64,000 bases of DNA from Octopus sinensis (Eukaryota), in assembly GCF_006345805.1 (NCBI RefSeq), contig NC_043001.1, forward strand, positions 36,332,001 through 36,396,000. Direction: 5' to 3'. Positions 12,903-25,914 of the stretch are shown in pieces. Under the pieces are notes generated by a model. It searched no databases. It was not told the origin of the DNA and saw only the letters and a list, made by a program, of their open reading frames with translations. Positions within the stretch are counted from its first letter, which is position 1. Every line of letters begins with the position of its first letter. A program made the translations under genes and the position numbers.

Positions 12903-13302
12903 GGCGGCGAGCTGGCAGAAACGTTAGCAGGCCTGGCAAAATGCGTAGCCGTATTTCATCTGCTGTTACGTTCTGAGTTCAAATTCCGCCGAGGTCGACT
13001 TTACCTTTCATTCTTTCGGGGTCGATAAATTAAGTACCAGTTACGCACTGGGATCGATGTAATCGACTTAATCCGTTTGTCTGTCCTTGTTTATTCCCTC
13101 TGTGTTTAGCCCCTTGTGGGTAGTAAAGAAATAGGTATTTCGTCTGTCTCCAAGTTCTGAGTTCAAATTCCGCCGAGATCTTTTTTGCCTTCTATCCTTT
13201 TGGGGTCGATAAATTAAGTACCAGCTGAGTACTGGCGACGATGTAACCGACTTAGCCCCTCCCGCGAAATTTCAGGCTTTGTACCTAGAGTAGAAAGGAT
13301 TA
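12903..13302 (+). mobile_element. tRNA-derived SINE family B, dimer (long-tail unit plus headless short-tail unit)
   Basis: Head GGCGGCGAGCTGGCAGAA, B box GAGTTCAAATTCC, central ACCTTTCATTCTTTCGGGGTCGATAAATTAAGTACCAG (Meta-domain-like, from memory); junction AAAGAAATAGGTATTTCGTCTG at about 13125-13146. Confidence 0.9.
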
Positions 13303-13309
13303 TTTATAG

Positions 13310-13503
13310 CGTATTCAAGGCAGCGAGCACACCGGACAAAATGTTTCGCGACACATCGTTCGTCATTAAATTATCAAGTCAAATACCGACGAGGCCGACT
13401 TTGCTTTTCTTCCTTTCAGGGTCGATAAATTAAGTAAACATTGGGTCGATGTAACCAACTATTCCCCTCCCCCAAAATTTCAAGCCTTATGCCTATAGTA
13501 GAA
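13310..13503 (+). mobile_element. SINE family B, degenerate short-tail monomer
   Basis: Central domain plus tail CCCCTCCCCCAAAATTTCAAGCC...GTAGAAA followed by (ATT)n. Confidence 0.8.
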
Positions 13504-13586
<83 letters not shown>

Positions 13587-13611
13587 TATTATTATTATCA
13601 TTATTATTATT
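13504..13611. repeat. (ATT)n microsatellite (SINE tail expansion)
   Basis: Direct reading. Confidence 0.98.
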
Positions 13612-13616
13612 GTGAA

Positions 13617-14015
13617 GGCGACGAGCTGGCAGAAACGTTAACACGCCGGGCGAAATGCGTAGCCGTATTTCGTCTGCCGTTACGTTCTGAGTTCAAATTC
13701 TGCCGAAGTCGACTTTGCCTTTCATCCTTTCGGGGTCGATAAATTAAGTACCAGTTATGCACTGGGGTCGATCTAATCGACTTAATCCGTTTGTCTGACC
13801 TTGTTTGTCCTCACTGTGTTTAACCCCTTGTAGGTAGTAAAGAAATAGGTATTTCACTCGTCACTATATCCTGGGTTCAAATTCCTCCGGGGTCGACTTT
13901 GTCTTTCATCTTTTCGCGGTTGATGATTTAAGTACCAGTGAAACACCGGGGTCGATGTGATCGATTAGTCCCCTCTCCCCAAAGTTCAGGCCTCGTGCCT
14001 TTAGTAGAAAGGATT
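13617..14015 (+). mobile_element. SINE family B dimer (long plus short tail)
   Basis: Same architecture; junction AGAAATAGGTATTTC at 13841-13855. Confidence 0.88.
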
Positions 14016-14294
14016 ATTATTGTTGTTGTCGTTGGTGTTGTTTCACTTCTCAGAACGTTCGGTCTTGTTTGTTCTTGTAGATTATGTGAGAGCGGACAGA
14101 AGTCTGCTGTCAGAGGTCTCACAGGATCTCTTTCCGCACACTGTAAGCTTTGGTACTTGGTTGTTAATTATCGTGGGAGACATTCAACATCCAAGGACCA
14201 ATCTCAAAATCTTAGCTGTTCCAGTTTTGGGGCCTTGCTCTGCTCTCATGTCAATTCTGATTTCTCTGACATATTTCTCGAACTTGGTTGTTAG

Positions 14295-14482
14295 TACATG
14301 CCGGACAAAATGCTAAGCAGCATTTCGTCCGATTTATGTTTTGAGTTCAAATGCCCCTGAGGTCGATTTGCTTTTCATTCTTTCGGGGTCGATGAAATAA
14401 GTACGATTTACATCTGGGAGTCAATGTAATAAACTAGCCCCTCTACCAAAATTTCAGGTCTGTCTCTATACTAGAAAGAATT
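14295..14482 (+). mobile_element. SINE family B, degenerate
   Basis: GAGTTCAAAT...GAGGTCGA...TTTCGGGGTCGAT...AAAATTTCAGG. Confidence 0.7.
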
Positions 14483-17454
14483 ACCATGACACATATTTAT
14501 AACTTATATCAGAAATATGAAGATTTATACAGGCCAACCAATGTCAATAGACTGAAGTTTCAATAAACAATACAAAACAGTATATAACAAATTACTTAAC
14601 TGGAGGACATATAATGGTGTTTTCTTTGGAGTTTAAAGACGAGGATGTTGTGTTTTTTTTCTGTCATAAACTTCAAAGCTATAATCTATTTTAGGTTTAA
14701 TACATGTATATATAACTTAGAATGAAAATATCTCAATTTGACTGCATGTTTCACACAATTTGGACAAGGCTTGTATATTTTGATAAGTATATTTTTAGCT
14801 TTTAAAATATTTGCTTTGCACAGAAAGTTTGTTTTTGACAGTTCGTTGATAGAAACGTTTTGTTTCTCTTGCTTGAATTCTAATTTTTGGTAAATCACTT
14901 TATGTCCTTAGTCTGTTTTACCAATTTTGTTTTGTTTCTGGGATTCTATTTCATTGTTCTTGTCTTGTTTCTGTTGTTTAGACCCAGAAACAGCTCTAAT
15001 GGAACATTCCTAGTACCACCTCTCGGGGGCCCTGCATAACGCGGAATACATTATTTAAGACGTTAGCGTGTAACTTGAGGAACGTTTGGCTGTTATTCCT
15101 TGGTTGTCTAATAGCCGCATAAAGACTCCTCGTGGAGTTGATAATTTACTTGTTTGTATTTCTGCATGATTTAAGTTGTTGAATCACACACGCACACTCA
15201 CACACATATATATATACATATATACATACATATGTCTGTGTGTGTGTAAGGATTTTTAAGCATATTACATTTCTTTTTTCTCAGAATATTGGAAAATTTT
15301 CTAAATTTCACTCATCTTCTAAGTTTTGTTTCTTTCGTTTAGTGAAGTCTTGTCTTGAATACAGGCTTAACTGTCATCTACAGTTATATTCTTATTAGAC
15401 AGTTGGATAAGTACTTAATCTTTTGCCTAGTTTACTCCCCATAACCTGGTCCTCGGGTGCCTTTCGGGGCAAGCATTCGTGACAGATTGCCATTTGATGA
15501 TAACTTTCTCCTTTCCTCCATCAGTATGGAAGACTTGTCAAGAACCATGGATGTGTCCCGTTATCCTCTAATCAGAAAGAAACGAGTAGAGGGAAACTGG
15601 TTGGACGGAGACGATTTGGCACAGCTGACAAGATTTTCAACGTGTATTGTTAAGAGTACGTTTTGGCACTGGAGGAAAACACGCTCAGGCATGAATGCAC
15701 GCAGTAATGTACATATATAGACCGAGAGAATAAGACGAGAAGACAGAGAGAGAGAAGGGGGGAAAAGGCATATATGAAAACATAATTAGATGTTAACATG
15801 CATAAACAGAGAAAGAGAGAGAGGGGAGAGGAAGAGAGAGAGGAAGAGAGAAAGAGGAGGAGGTAGAGAGAGGGAGTGCGGTAGAAAGCGTAAGAAACAT
15901 TAAAACGTCTGACATCAAATATATTAGCGTCGATTCAGCGACGCCAAACAGGCGGCGCCATATCAGCTGTACTGAATTGTCTCATAACCCCTCTGACTAA
16001 ATTATGGAATTGCAAAAAAAAAGCATCTTCTAAAAGATCCAAAAACCATACAAAGTAACAATAGTACATATCACCCACTAGTTGAATAACACTTTCTTGT
16101 CAAAATCTGACCACAAAGTAATCAAATGCAAACATTAAATACAACCTGTGTTGAAAGCAATATTAAATGAACAACTTGAACTTGGAAACGTATGATACTT
16201 TAACAGGAATTGTAAGCTGTAAAGCAGCCATCACTAAATGTTTACATAAACTTAAGTTTCCATAATGCTAACACTTTACTTTCGTTGAAATAACGCTGCT
16301 CTAGAACCGCATTCTGATCTTCGGACTCCTGTTAAAAACGTTAAATATTGTGATATAAAAACGGGTTCGAGTTGGTTCACAAATAAACAAACGTTTCTTC
16401 ATAATGATGAACTCATTAATATCAGGATGTAAAATAACTTAACTGAAATCTCATTCAATGCATCAGCAGTGTTTTTTTTTTAGCACTGCACACCTTATAC
16501 AGCACAGTACATAACGAAATGAGAGAGGCTAAAGGTCAAGAATATATAACTGTATTTTAGAATCTATGGTAATTCTGTTAGCCAGCATATACGTATATGC
16601 GCAAGCATGTACTTATGTGTGTGTGTGTGTGTGTGTGGCTGCATGTGTGTGTAAACACATAAATACACATACACACAACCACATACATACATTCACATAT
16701 ATACATATATTTACGTACGCACCACCCCTTCTGCCATACATCTCCACTTAATACAAGAATCTAATTTCATACACAAACCGCACCTGCATGAACGCATAGA
16801 CATAAGCACGTGTGTACTCATACGGTTATACGCATCCACACTCACAGTTACACACACACACACATACACTCATATATACACACACAGCCGTATATACAAA
16901 TACTAATATGAATATATGTCTGTGAGTGTGTATCCTATCCTATTTTCCTGTTTCGTTTCTAGATTCACAAAAATGTTCAGATTTACATTAAACTTAACCA
17001 CACAGTTACAACATCGCTAGAGGAAAAGGGTAACCCGAGAGGCATGTTTATTCTATTAACGGGAAAATGTGTTTTCTGATGGAGCTGTACTGCACTATGA
17101 ACAACAGTAGTTGCACTTACCGAGTTTAGAATTTCTAAGGTGCAGCAGCTTAGGCATGACTTCTCCTGTGTGAGTTGGTGTGTATATGTTTGCTGGGTGC
17201 AGTTTGTGCCTGTTGGCAAGATGTGTTTGTGTGATGAATATTGTATATGTCTGTGACGTGGAAATTGTATAAGACGATGAATGTTTAATTGAGATATATG
17301 AAGGATTTACATCTGTTCGTAGGCGAAGCGCGCAAGTATGAGTTTGTGTATGTATAAGTTTCTATATATTTTCAGGTGGTCTTCGGCTTATATACTATGC
17401 GTGTCAATTTATTTCAGTGTGTGGTAACGAGATAGTCATAGGTATATGATAAAC

Positions 17455-17651
17455 ATAGAGGGGACAAACAACGACAAATGGATTAAGTCGAGTAGATCGA
17501 TATCAGTACGCAACTGGTACTTAAATTATCGACCCCGAAAGGATGAAAGACGAAGTCGACCTCGGCGGAATTTGAACTCAGAATGAAACGGCAGACGAAA
17601 TAGCGCTAAGCATTTCGCCCGGCATGCCAACGTTTCTGCCAGCTCGCCGCC
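17455..17651 (-). mobile_element. SINE family B monomer
   Basis: Ends ...GCCAGCTCGCCGCC on the + strand. Confidence 0.88.
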
Positions 17652-17675
17652 TTTTCTGCCAACTCACCTAGGTAT

Positions 17676-18060
17676 ATATTCTTTTCTACTCTGGGCACAC
17701 GACTCAAAATTTGGGGAAAGGGGGTGCTAGCTGATTAGATCGACCCCAGTACGCAGCTGGTACTTTATTTATCGACGCCGAAAGGATGAAACGTAAAGTC
17801 GACCTCGGCGGAATTTGTACTCAGAACGTAAAAACAGACGAAATACCTATTTCTTTACAGCCCACAAGGGACTAAACACAGAGGGGACAAACAAGGACAG
17901 ACAAACGGATTAAGTCGATTATACCGACGCCAGTGCGTAACTGGTACTTAATTAATCGAACCCGAAAGGATGAAAGGCAAAGTCGACCTCGGCGAAATTT
18001 GAACTCAGAACGTAGCGGCAGACGAAATACCGCTAAGCATTTCGCCTGGCGTGCTCGCCT
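17676..18060 (-). mobile_element. SINE family B dimer (long plus short tail)
   Basis: Junction CAGACGAAATACCTATTTCTTT at about 17835-17856. Confidence 0.88.
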
Positions 18061-18853
18061 TGGTATATAATATTGAACAAAGTGTCATAACGGGTATTTT
18101 GTGCATTTTCATTAAGAAACAACTGTAAGCCTTCCCTGAGTATTTGGATCCTGGGCATAATTATACGCACTGCAGATTACTCATCAACATGATAGCGTTA
18201 TTTAATAAGAGGCAATAAATTAAGATACTTATCAATGAAAAAATAAATGTGAAAATAGATCCAGCAGAGCAATGTAGGAAGGAAAGAAACTGACGAGATA
18301 ATAGTTTACGGATCAACAAACCAGCGTCTAAGTAAACTAATAAACAGAAATACATACATAAATGATATTAAAGTGTGTGGGTTTATCACCTTAACGCAGA
18401 ACTTACATTCGGGAAAGGATGTATTGATGACTAGTTGAATCAATAGATCGATATACCAATGAACTTACAGACTAACAGAGATGATCAAACGATGCTGATC
18501 TTCTAAGGAGTAGACCTTGCAATGGAAAAGAGGAATCAATACAGTAGGATACCAATGAAATAACAGATCGATAAATCTGGTTTGCTAATGAATCAGCAGC
18601 ACAGTAATGAATCGCTGGATCAAAGACCAATATAGAAGGAAAGTATCGGATCAAATATACAAGCATGTTTGGAATCGGAACAGGAATTAGAAGACAAGAA
18701 CATTACGCTGAGATGCCAAAATTATTATATGGAGGCAATGATGAAATGGTTGATGTTTCAACTATGTCTAAATTGTAACAATGAATAAGAATGAAAAACA
18801 TTTCGTGGAAATAAAGGCTCCACAGTACGACCAGGTAATGATCTGACATATAA

Positions 18854-19270
18854 GGCGGGGAGTTGGCAGAAATGTTAACACGCCGGGCGAAATGCTTAGC
18901 GGTATTTCGTCTGCCGCTACGTTCTGAGTTCAAATTCCGCCGAGGTCGACTTTGCCTTTCATCCTTTCGGGGTCGATAAATTAAGTACCAGTTACTGGGG
19001 TCGATCTAATCGACTTAATCCGTTTGTCTGTCCTTGTTTATCCTCTCTGTGTTTAGCCCCTTGTGGGTAGTAAAGAAATAGAAATAGGTATTTCGTCTGC
19101 CGTTACGTTCTGAGTTCAAATTCCGCCGAGATCGACTTTGCCTTTCATCCTTTCGGGGTCGATTAAATAAGTACCAGTTACGCACCGGGGTCGATATAAT
19201 CGACTTAATCCGTTTGTCTGTCCTTGTTTGTCCCCTCTGTGTTTAGCCCCTTGTGGTTAGTAAAGAAATA
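18854..19270 (+). mobile_element. SINE family B dimer (long plus long tail) with 15-bp TSD
   Basis: GGTAATGATCTGACA at 18834-48 and 19271-85; junction GAAATAGGTATTTCGTCTG at 19081. Confidence 0.92.
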
Positions 19271-20166
19271 GGTAATGATCTGACAGATTATTAGACTGTC
19301 GTATTAAAGAAATATCGAGCCATCATAGACATACAATAACATATGAACCATACCAACGTCCTGATGCAACGATGGATCACCAGCTAAGCGCCGCAATACG
19401 TGTGATAATTTTTAGTTTGTGTGTAACCCGGTATTTTCTTGCTTACCAAATTTTGTCTCATTACTCTAACAACTGATTTCCTATTAACAACCTTGTTTCC
19501 TGGTTACTCTCTCCTCCTCATACTTTCATTTCATCTCACACATTTTCCTTCGTATTTTCTAACTATAGATATTTCTCTTGTAAACGAAGTATTTTACGAG
19601 AATGATCCGTATTCTTGTCTCTTTATGCCATACGAACATTAACATTTGGAAAGCTTACTAAATGGTATTGGCCGAGGTAAATCGATTACTTGAAAGGGAC
19701 TAACACTTCAACTGTGCAGTTCTTCATTATTTTAGCTGTTCTGGTCAATATCCGGACCAGCCTGAATGCAAAGAAATCGACGGCTTAATATATGAATGTG
19801 ACAATAGACCGATAGATGAACAGGCTCATATATGGAATGCTGGTTTCAAAGAACAGCATATCGAAGAAAAATAGGATCATCAAATTGGAAGATTAACACC
19901 GCCGTATCAACGAGCTGGAAGATTACTAGAGAGATTTTCGAATGGAAGAAGATACAAATGAAACGGTGTATAGTCGCAGGAAGGAAATGAGAAAATGAAT
20001 GGAGAAAATGAGACTTAAGCAACAAAAATTGATCCTAACCATGTAGAAAAGAACCGACTTGTCACATGTTATTCCTAGGATGTTGGTACAGATAATGAAG
20101 TATAATGTAACCAAAAGATTGTAAATAATAAAGGATTTTTAAACAATTAAAGAATAGAAAGACATA

Positions 20167-20323
20167 GGCGCAGGAGTGGCTGTGTGGGAAGTCGCTTGCT
20201 TACCAGTCATATAGTTTCGGGTTCAGTCCCACTGCGTGACACTTTGGACAATTGTCTTCTACGATAGCCTCGGAAACGGAAACTGAAAAAAGCCTGTCGT
20301 ATATATGTATATGAATATATATA

Positions 20324-20381
<58 letters not shown>

Positions 20382-20605
20382 TTTGTGTGTCTGTGTTTGT
20401 CCCCTAACATCACTTGACAACCGATGCTGGTGTATTTACGTCCCCGTAACTTAGTGGTTCGGCAAAAGAGACCGATAGAATAAGTACTAGGCTTACAAAG
20501 AATAAGTCCTGGGGTCGATGTGTTCTACTAAATGCGGTCGATTAAAGGCGGTGCTCCAGCATGGCCGCAGTCAAATGGCTGAAACAAGTAAAAGAATAAA
20601 AGAGT
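20167..20605 (+). mobile_element. SINE family A, full length
   Basis: Matches 2159-2575. Confidence 0.9.
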
Positions 20606-21199
20606 AGGTACTCTTTAAATGAGAGTTCCAGAATATTGAGAAATAAGGCAATGACAGAACTGTACAAGGAATTAAGGGATTAACCGAGCAATCATGCCGA
20701 GTAGTTTTAACATTATAACAAACGCTTAAGCTCTGGCACTTAAAAAAACGCAAGGAGGTTTAGTGACCTTTATATTTAAAGCGTGTGAGTGTTTGTGTGT
20801 ACTTGTGTGAGTGTGTGTTTACAGATACGTGAAAGAGTTAATGAATATCGAAGATAAAACTTACATCAGTTGTTCTTTATATTTGAATGTATTCTACAAA
20901 ATTAATAACAAGACTAATAACATTTGGAGGGTGGGAATAGTCGACTAAACTTGTTACAGTATATAAATGGAAATGTTGATGACAGATAAAATCAATGGTA
21001 AAAATGAAACTCAAGTGAAACTAAACATGCACAGTGATATTAAATATTTTAAATTCTTCTGTTCCGTTATTCCACACTCTGTTATTTTCATTGCTTTAAA
21101 TTTCTCCCAAGATCACACAAATCTATATAAAACATAAATCCTTCAAATTTATATATTCTTTCTTATTTTGACAGGTAATCAGCAATCTTGAAAGATGAG

Positions 21200-21372
21200 A
21201 CAAGTCGATTAGATCGATTTCGGTGACAACTGGTACTTATTTTATCGACCGCAAAAGAATGCACAGCAAAGCCAACCTTTGCGGAATTTGAACTCGGAGC
21301 GTTAAAAGAAGGATGATATGCCTCTAATAAATTTTTAGCGGGGCGGTAACGATTCTACCAGCCAGCCACCTT
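21200..21372 (-). mobile_element. SINE family B, old degenerate copy
   Basis: ctggtacttattttatcgacc...gcggaatttgaactc. Confidence 0.65.
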
Positions 21373-21810
21373 AAATATATATATATATAAAATTAATGTG
21401 ATAACTGAACAAATTATCGCTGTAATAACATAATTAAATCTATTAATTATTTTACTATTCTGCATGCGAAATCATTGATCAAGTTCAACCTCCCTTAAGA
21501 CATGTCTTTGTATAAATATCACAATATTTTCCTTAGTTCTTCTGTACAAATTGTTACTGTTATTTAGCCACAGGTTAAATCTAAACGTGCAGACCTATGG
21601 TCAAAGATCTTCTAACAGCGATCGTCCGGAATATTATAATCTACATCAATCAATATGAACTATTTTGTACGTTTTTCGATACTAGCAGCTTTTGATTAAT
21701 TCCTTATTTTAGCAAACAGCTTGAAATACAGAAGCAACGAACAGTTTTTATATCTACCCGATATTTGACTGGTAGATATTTGGAATATCTACCACACTCT
21801 TCAATATTTG

Positions 21811-22485
21811 GAAGAGTGTATGAGAGGAGGAAACTGAAAGTGAATGTAGCTAAGAGTAAGGTGATGGGATGTTCGAGAGATGGAGCGGCTGGTAGGATGG
21901 ATGAGAGTATAAATGGTGAGATGTTAGAGGAAGTGAGTATTTTTAGATATTTCGGATCACATATGACGGCGGAAGAGGTGTTGGTTGAAGAAATGGGATA
22001 CAGAGTTAGGGATGGGAGTAAGATACTTGGAGTTGTGAAAGGTATGCTGAGAGATAAAAGGTTAAGTATGAAAGTGAAAAGAGGTGTATATGAGGGAGTG
22101 ATTGTGCCAACATTAGAGGCTGATAGAGGTGGAAAGGAGAGACTAGATGTATTTGAGATATCTGAGGGCTATGGTTGGTGTGACACGGATGGACAGGATG
22201 AGGAATGAGGAGGTGCGAAGGCGAGCAAGAGTAAGCGAAAAGCTAACGACCCAAATGGGTAGATGAATGTTGAGGTTGTTTGGCCACATAGAGAGGATGA
22301 ATAAGGATCGAATAGTAAGGAGGGTGATGAAGACAGAAGTGGTAGGCAGCAGAACCAGGGGCAGACCTCGGTTTATGTGGATGGATGGACTGTGGAAAGC
22401 TTTGATGGTTAGAGGTGTTGGAGTGAGAGAAACAAGAGAGTTTATAAATGATAGGAAAGCTTGGAGAGTGCTTGCGGACGGATAA
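21811..22485 (+). pseudogene. RTE-clade LINE 3' remnant (RT thumb and C-terminus), frameshifted
   Basis: LKVNVAKSKVM...LEEVSIFRYFGS...VYEGVIVPTL, then RNEEVRRR and LRLFGHIERM...RGRPRFMWMD...DRKAWR; hallmark RTE C-terminal motifs; stop at 22483-85; probable 3' UTR to about 22620. Confidence 0.88.
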
Positions 22486-22992
22486 GTGAATTTGATTTTG
22501 CTCACAGGGGTACGGAACCAGCATGATGCGGCAGGGGTAAACCAGCATATGCTGTCGGGCTCCGCTGCTGATACTGAGGGTTGCGTTCTATGCATTGGTC
22601 CTAGCATAGGACGAGTTTCGCCTGTTTGAGCTAGGAAATGAATAGAATGCCTGCTATTGGGCTTGTAACAACACCCCCCACTAAAAAGAATGAGGAATAG
22701 GCCTAGTTATATAATATTTGACTGATATAATTTTGTTAACCTCAGAAGGATACATGACAAATTTGACATCGGTGAGGTGTGGAAATGTTTCGTCCTTCGC
22801 TTCAGCGATTCAACACACACACACCAAAGAAATGAGTTTGAACTTAGAAAAAGCCCGTCAAAAAACTCGTCGCTACGATGTATTTAATACAAACGGTAAC
22901 TACCCCCGCCGACCTAGGATTGTTAGACTGTTTTCAAATTCTTGAATTTAAATTCCAATGCACTTAAGCTATATTGCATTTAAGTTACATTA

Positions 22993-23279
22993 TTGTTGCT
23001 GTTTGCTCATTCTCGAGCCATGCTTGGCTCATAAGGGCCGGTTTTCCAGTTTCATTGGTTTATAGGTTTCCCACCTACACGTGACGCCGGTCCGTCACAA
23101 GTGAGCCGCTATATGCAGGAGGAAAGAGAGAGAGAAAGTTGTGGCGAAAGAGTCAGTAGAAGTTCGCCATTACCTTCTGCCGGAGCCGCGTGGAGCTTAA
23201 ATGTTTTGCTCATAACTACACACACCGCCCAGTCTGATTCGAACCCACTATCCCTCGACCACTAGGCCATGTGCCTCCA
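22993..23279 (-). mobile_element. tRNA-derived SINE family D with probable TSD
   Basis: Minus-strand head TGGCCTAGTGG...GGTTCGAATC; flanked by CATT(T/C)AAGTTACATTA at about 22977 and 23280; partial second copy at 59690-59853. Confidence 0.75.
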
Positions 23280-23605
23280 CATTCAAGTTACATTACAATG
23301 ACAAATTAAAACGGAAAATAGATTAAAACCAAAAAAAAAAATGTCGTAGAACATCACCAAAGGAAAATCACCTAAAAAATTCTGTGTAAATACATAAAGT
23401 GCATCCACGTGAGGGCGTCTACATTTTCTTCAATATCATAACGTTTCCGACTGCTCTACGTTCCGACTACTTTTACTGTTTTAGCGTTTCTAGGCTTATA
23501 TTTAAAGAATTTGTTATCTAATGAGAGCCATCTGTTTTTTAGCTACGATATGATCCATAAAATAAAATAAACAATTAATTAAAGACCGACATATAGAACT
23601 ATATA

Positions 23606-23734
<129 letters not shown>

Positions 23735-23756
23735 CTGTGTGTGTGTGTGTGTGTGT

Positions 23757-23978
23757 GTTTATTGCCCACAAGGGGCTAAACATAGAGGGAACAAACAAGG
23801 ACAAAGGGATTAAGTCGATTACATCGACCCCAGTGCGTAACTGGTACTTATTTAATCGACCCCGAAAGGATGAAAGGCAAAGTCGACCTCGGCGGAATTT
23901 GAACCCAGAACGTAGCGGCAGACGAAATACTGCTAAGCATTTCGCCCGGCATGCTAACGTTTCTGCCAGCTCGCCGCC
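23757..23978 (-). mobile_element. SINE family B monomer, long tail
   Basis: Near-consensus copy. Confidence 0.9.
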
Positions 23979-24013
23979 TTATTCATATGTGTGTCTGTGT
24001 GTGTTTGTGTGTG

Positions 24014-24120
<107 letters not shown>

Positions 24121-24578
24121 GTTTGCATGTATACACACACTTATTTCTACATATATACATATATATATATACATACACATCTGAATATTTATTTTAAAAG
24201 TATTGACATAAAGGTCAGCACTTGGAAGATAAATAAATGCAATATGGCTTCACTGTAGGCAAGAAATTAATTTCAACGAAGCCCCAGACTTTGTGAATAA
24301 TAATGATGTAAGCATGGAATGTGAGTTCATATGTGTTTCTGTTTAACCCAAGGTCAGTTCATATCGAGTAAATCTATGATCAAAGGCATTCCTGACATGT
24401 GTCAATTATTTCGTTCATGGTCACATAAAATACAGTGTCCTGCATTATCTTATATGTTCTTACTGAGTAACCCCCGGTTTATACCTGAACTAGCAGATCC
24501 ACAGAGCATAGGTAGACAATCTAAATACTACATGCCATCTAAAGATTGTTTCAGATATGCTAAGCCTGATACTGCATA

Positions 24579-25130
24579 CCGTAAATCCTCGAGTATAGTA
24601 CGCCCTTGAATATAATACGCAGGGGATTTTTAGGGGGCTGTACCTCTGAAATACTTAAACCTTGTGTATAATACGCACCCCTTCTCTAACTTTAGTCAAG
24701 CAGGTCTATATAACGTCCTTGGTTTGTAAAAATGTATACGGTAACGTCCTTTATTATTATTGTATGTATAACTTAATGTAAACAAAATGCAAACTTATTG
24801 ACACAAAATGCACAATAAAGCTTTTTTGTGCATTTTGTTTGCAGAAAATAAAGAGATAATAGTAATAACAGTAATAACGTTTAATAAATGTTGCTTACTG
24901 CAAGTTATGGATGATTCTTTTATGACTTCATCGCTTTCAGGCTTAGCTTAATGTATTTTCGCGCCCAACATCACAAAATGCGTCTGAATAAACATTGCCG
25001 GACAGCAAATAGAGACTAGGACATTGCTTAGAAAATAACTTTCATTTTACACCTCGTATATAGTACGCACTAGGGATTTTGACCATTAAATTTTGGGAAA
25101 AAAATGCGGATTATACTCGAGGATTTACGG
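24579..25130. mobile_element. Tc1/mariner (pogo-like) MITE
   Basis: Perfect 19-bp TIR CCGTAAATCCTCGAGTATA(24579-97)/TATACTCGAGGATTTACGG(25112-30); TA at both flanks. Confidence 0.9.
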
Positions 25131-25478
25131 TACACCGACTTGCAGTGGTGTGTCAGATTTATTTTAAAGCACCTGGGTAATTTTTTAGCCTGTGTATGTA
25201 ACAAAAATGTAACAAGAAGAAGAGCCAGACAGAGAAGAGAGAGAGAGAGAGAGAGAAAGTGAGAAGAAACTGGTGGGGAATTTTGATTACAAGTTCTAGC
25301 TAGCTGAATGACCACATACGCATAGAAAGGCTCCCTCACTGATTCCTACATAATGTAGCTGTTTCATCTATATCTAATACTTCATTCTCCCAAAGTATAA
25401 CTACCATGCAGTAGTTATAGTTTATTTTATAACAACCACCTCCCCCCCTCTCTCTCTATCTATCTAGCTTTCTCTCTT

Positions 25479-25519
<41 letters not shown>

Positions 25520-25609
25520 TATATATTTGAATGTATGTACATATGCATATATCTCCAGCAGGCAGATATATTTAGAATGTCCGTTGATTAATTTTAATTT
25601 TAATCTCTC

Positions 25610-25679
<70 letters not shown>

Positions 25680-25689
25680 CCACAAGGCC

Positions 25690-25914
25690 ATGTGCTTATT
25701 CTATCGATCTCTTGTGCCGAACCGCTAAATCACGGGGAAGTAAACACACCAGCATCAGTTGTCAAGCGATTTTGAGGGGAACAAATACAGACACACAAAC
25801 ATATAAAGCCCGAAGCTATAGTAGAAGACACCTGCCCAAGGTGCCACGCAGTGGGACTGAACTTGGAACCATGTTGTTGGTAAGCAGGCTACTTCCCACA
25901 CTGACTCTCCTGCA
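25690..25914 (-). mobile_element. SINE family A, internally deleted
   Basis: Head and 3' blocks joined; part of the body and most of the microsatellite are missing. Confidence 0.8.

Noticed and set aside
15457-15720. 87-aa ORF in unique sequence near a CpG-rich patch
   Set aside because: No recognisable domain or splice support
18400-20120. Purine-rich stretches as decayed LINE ORFs
   Set aside because: No ordered RT or endonuclease motifs recovered by manual translation
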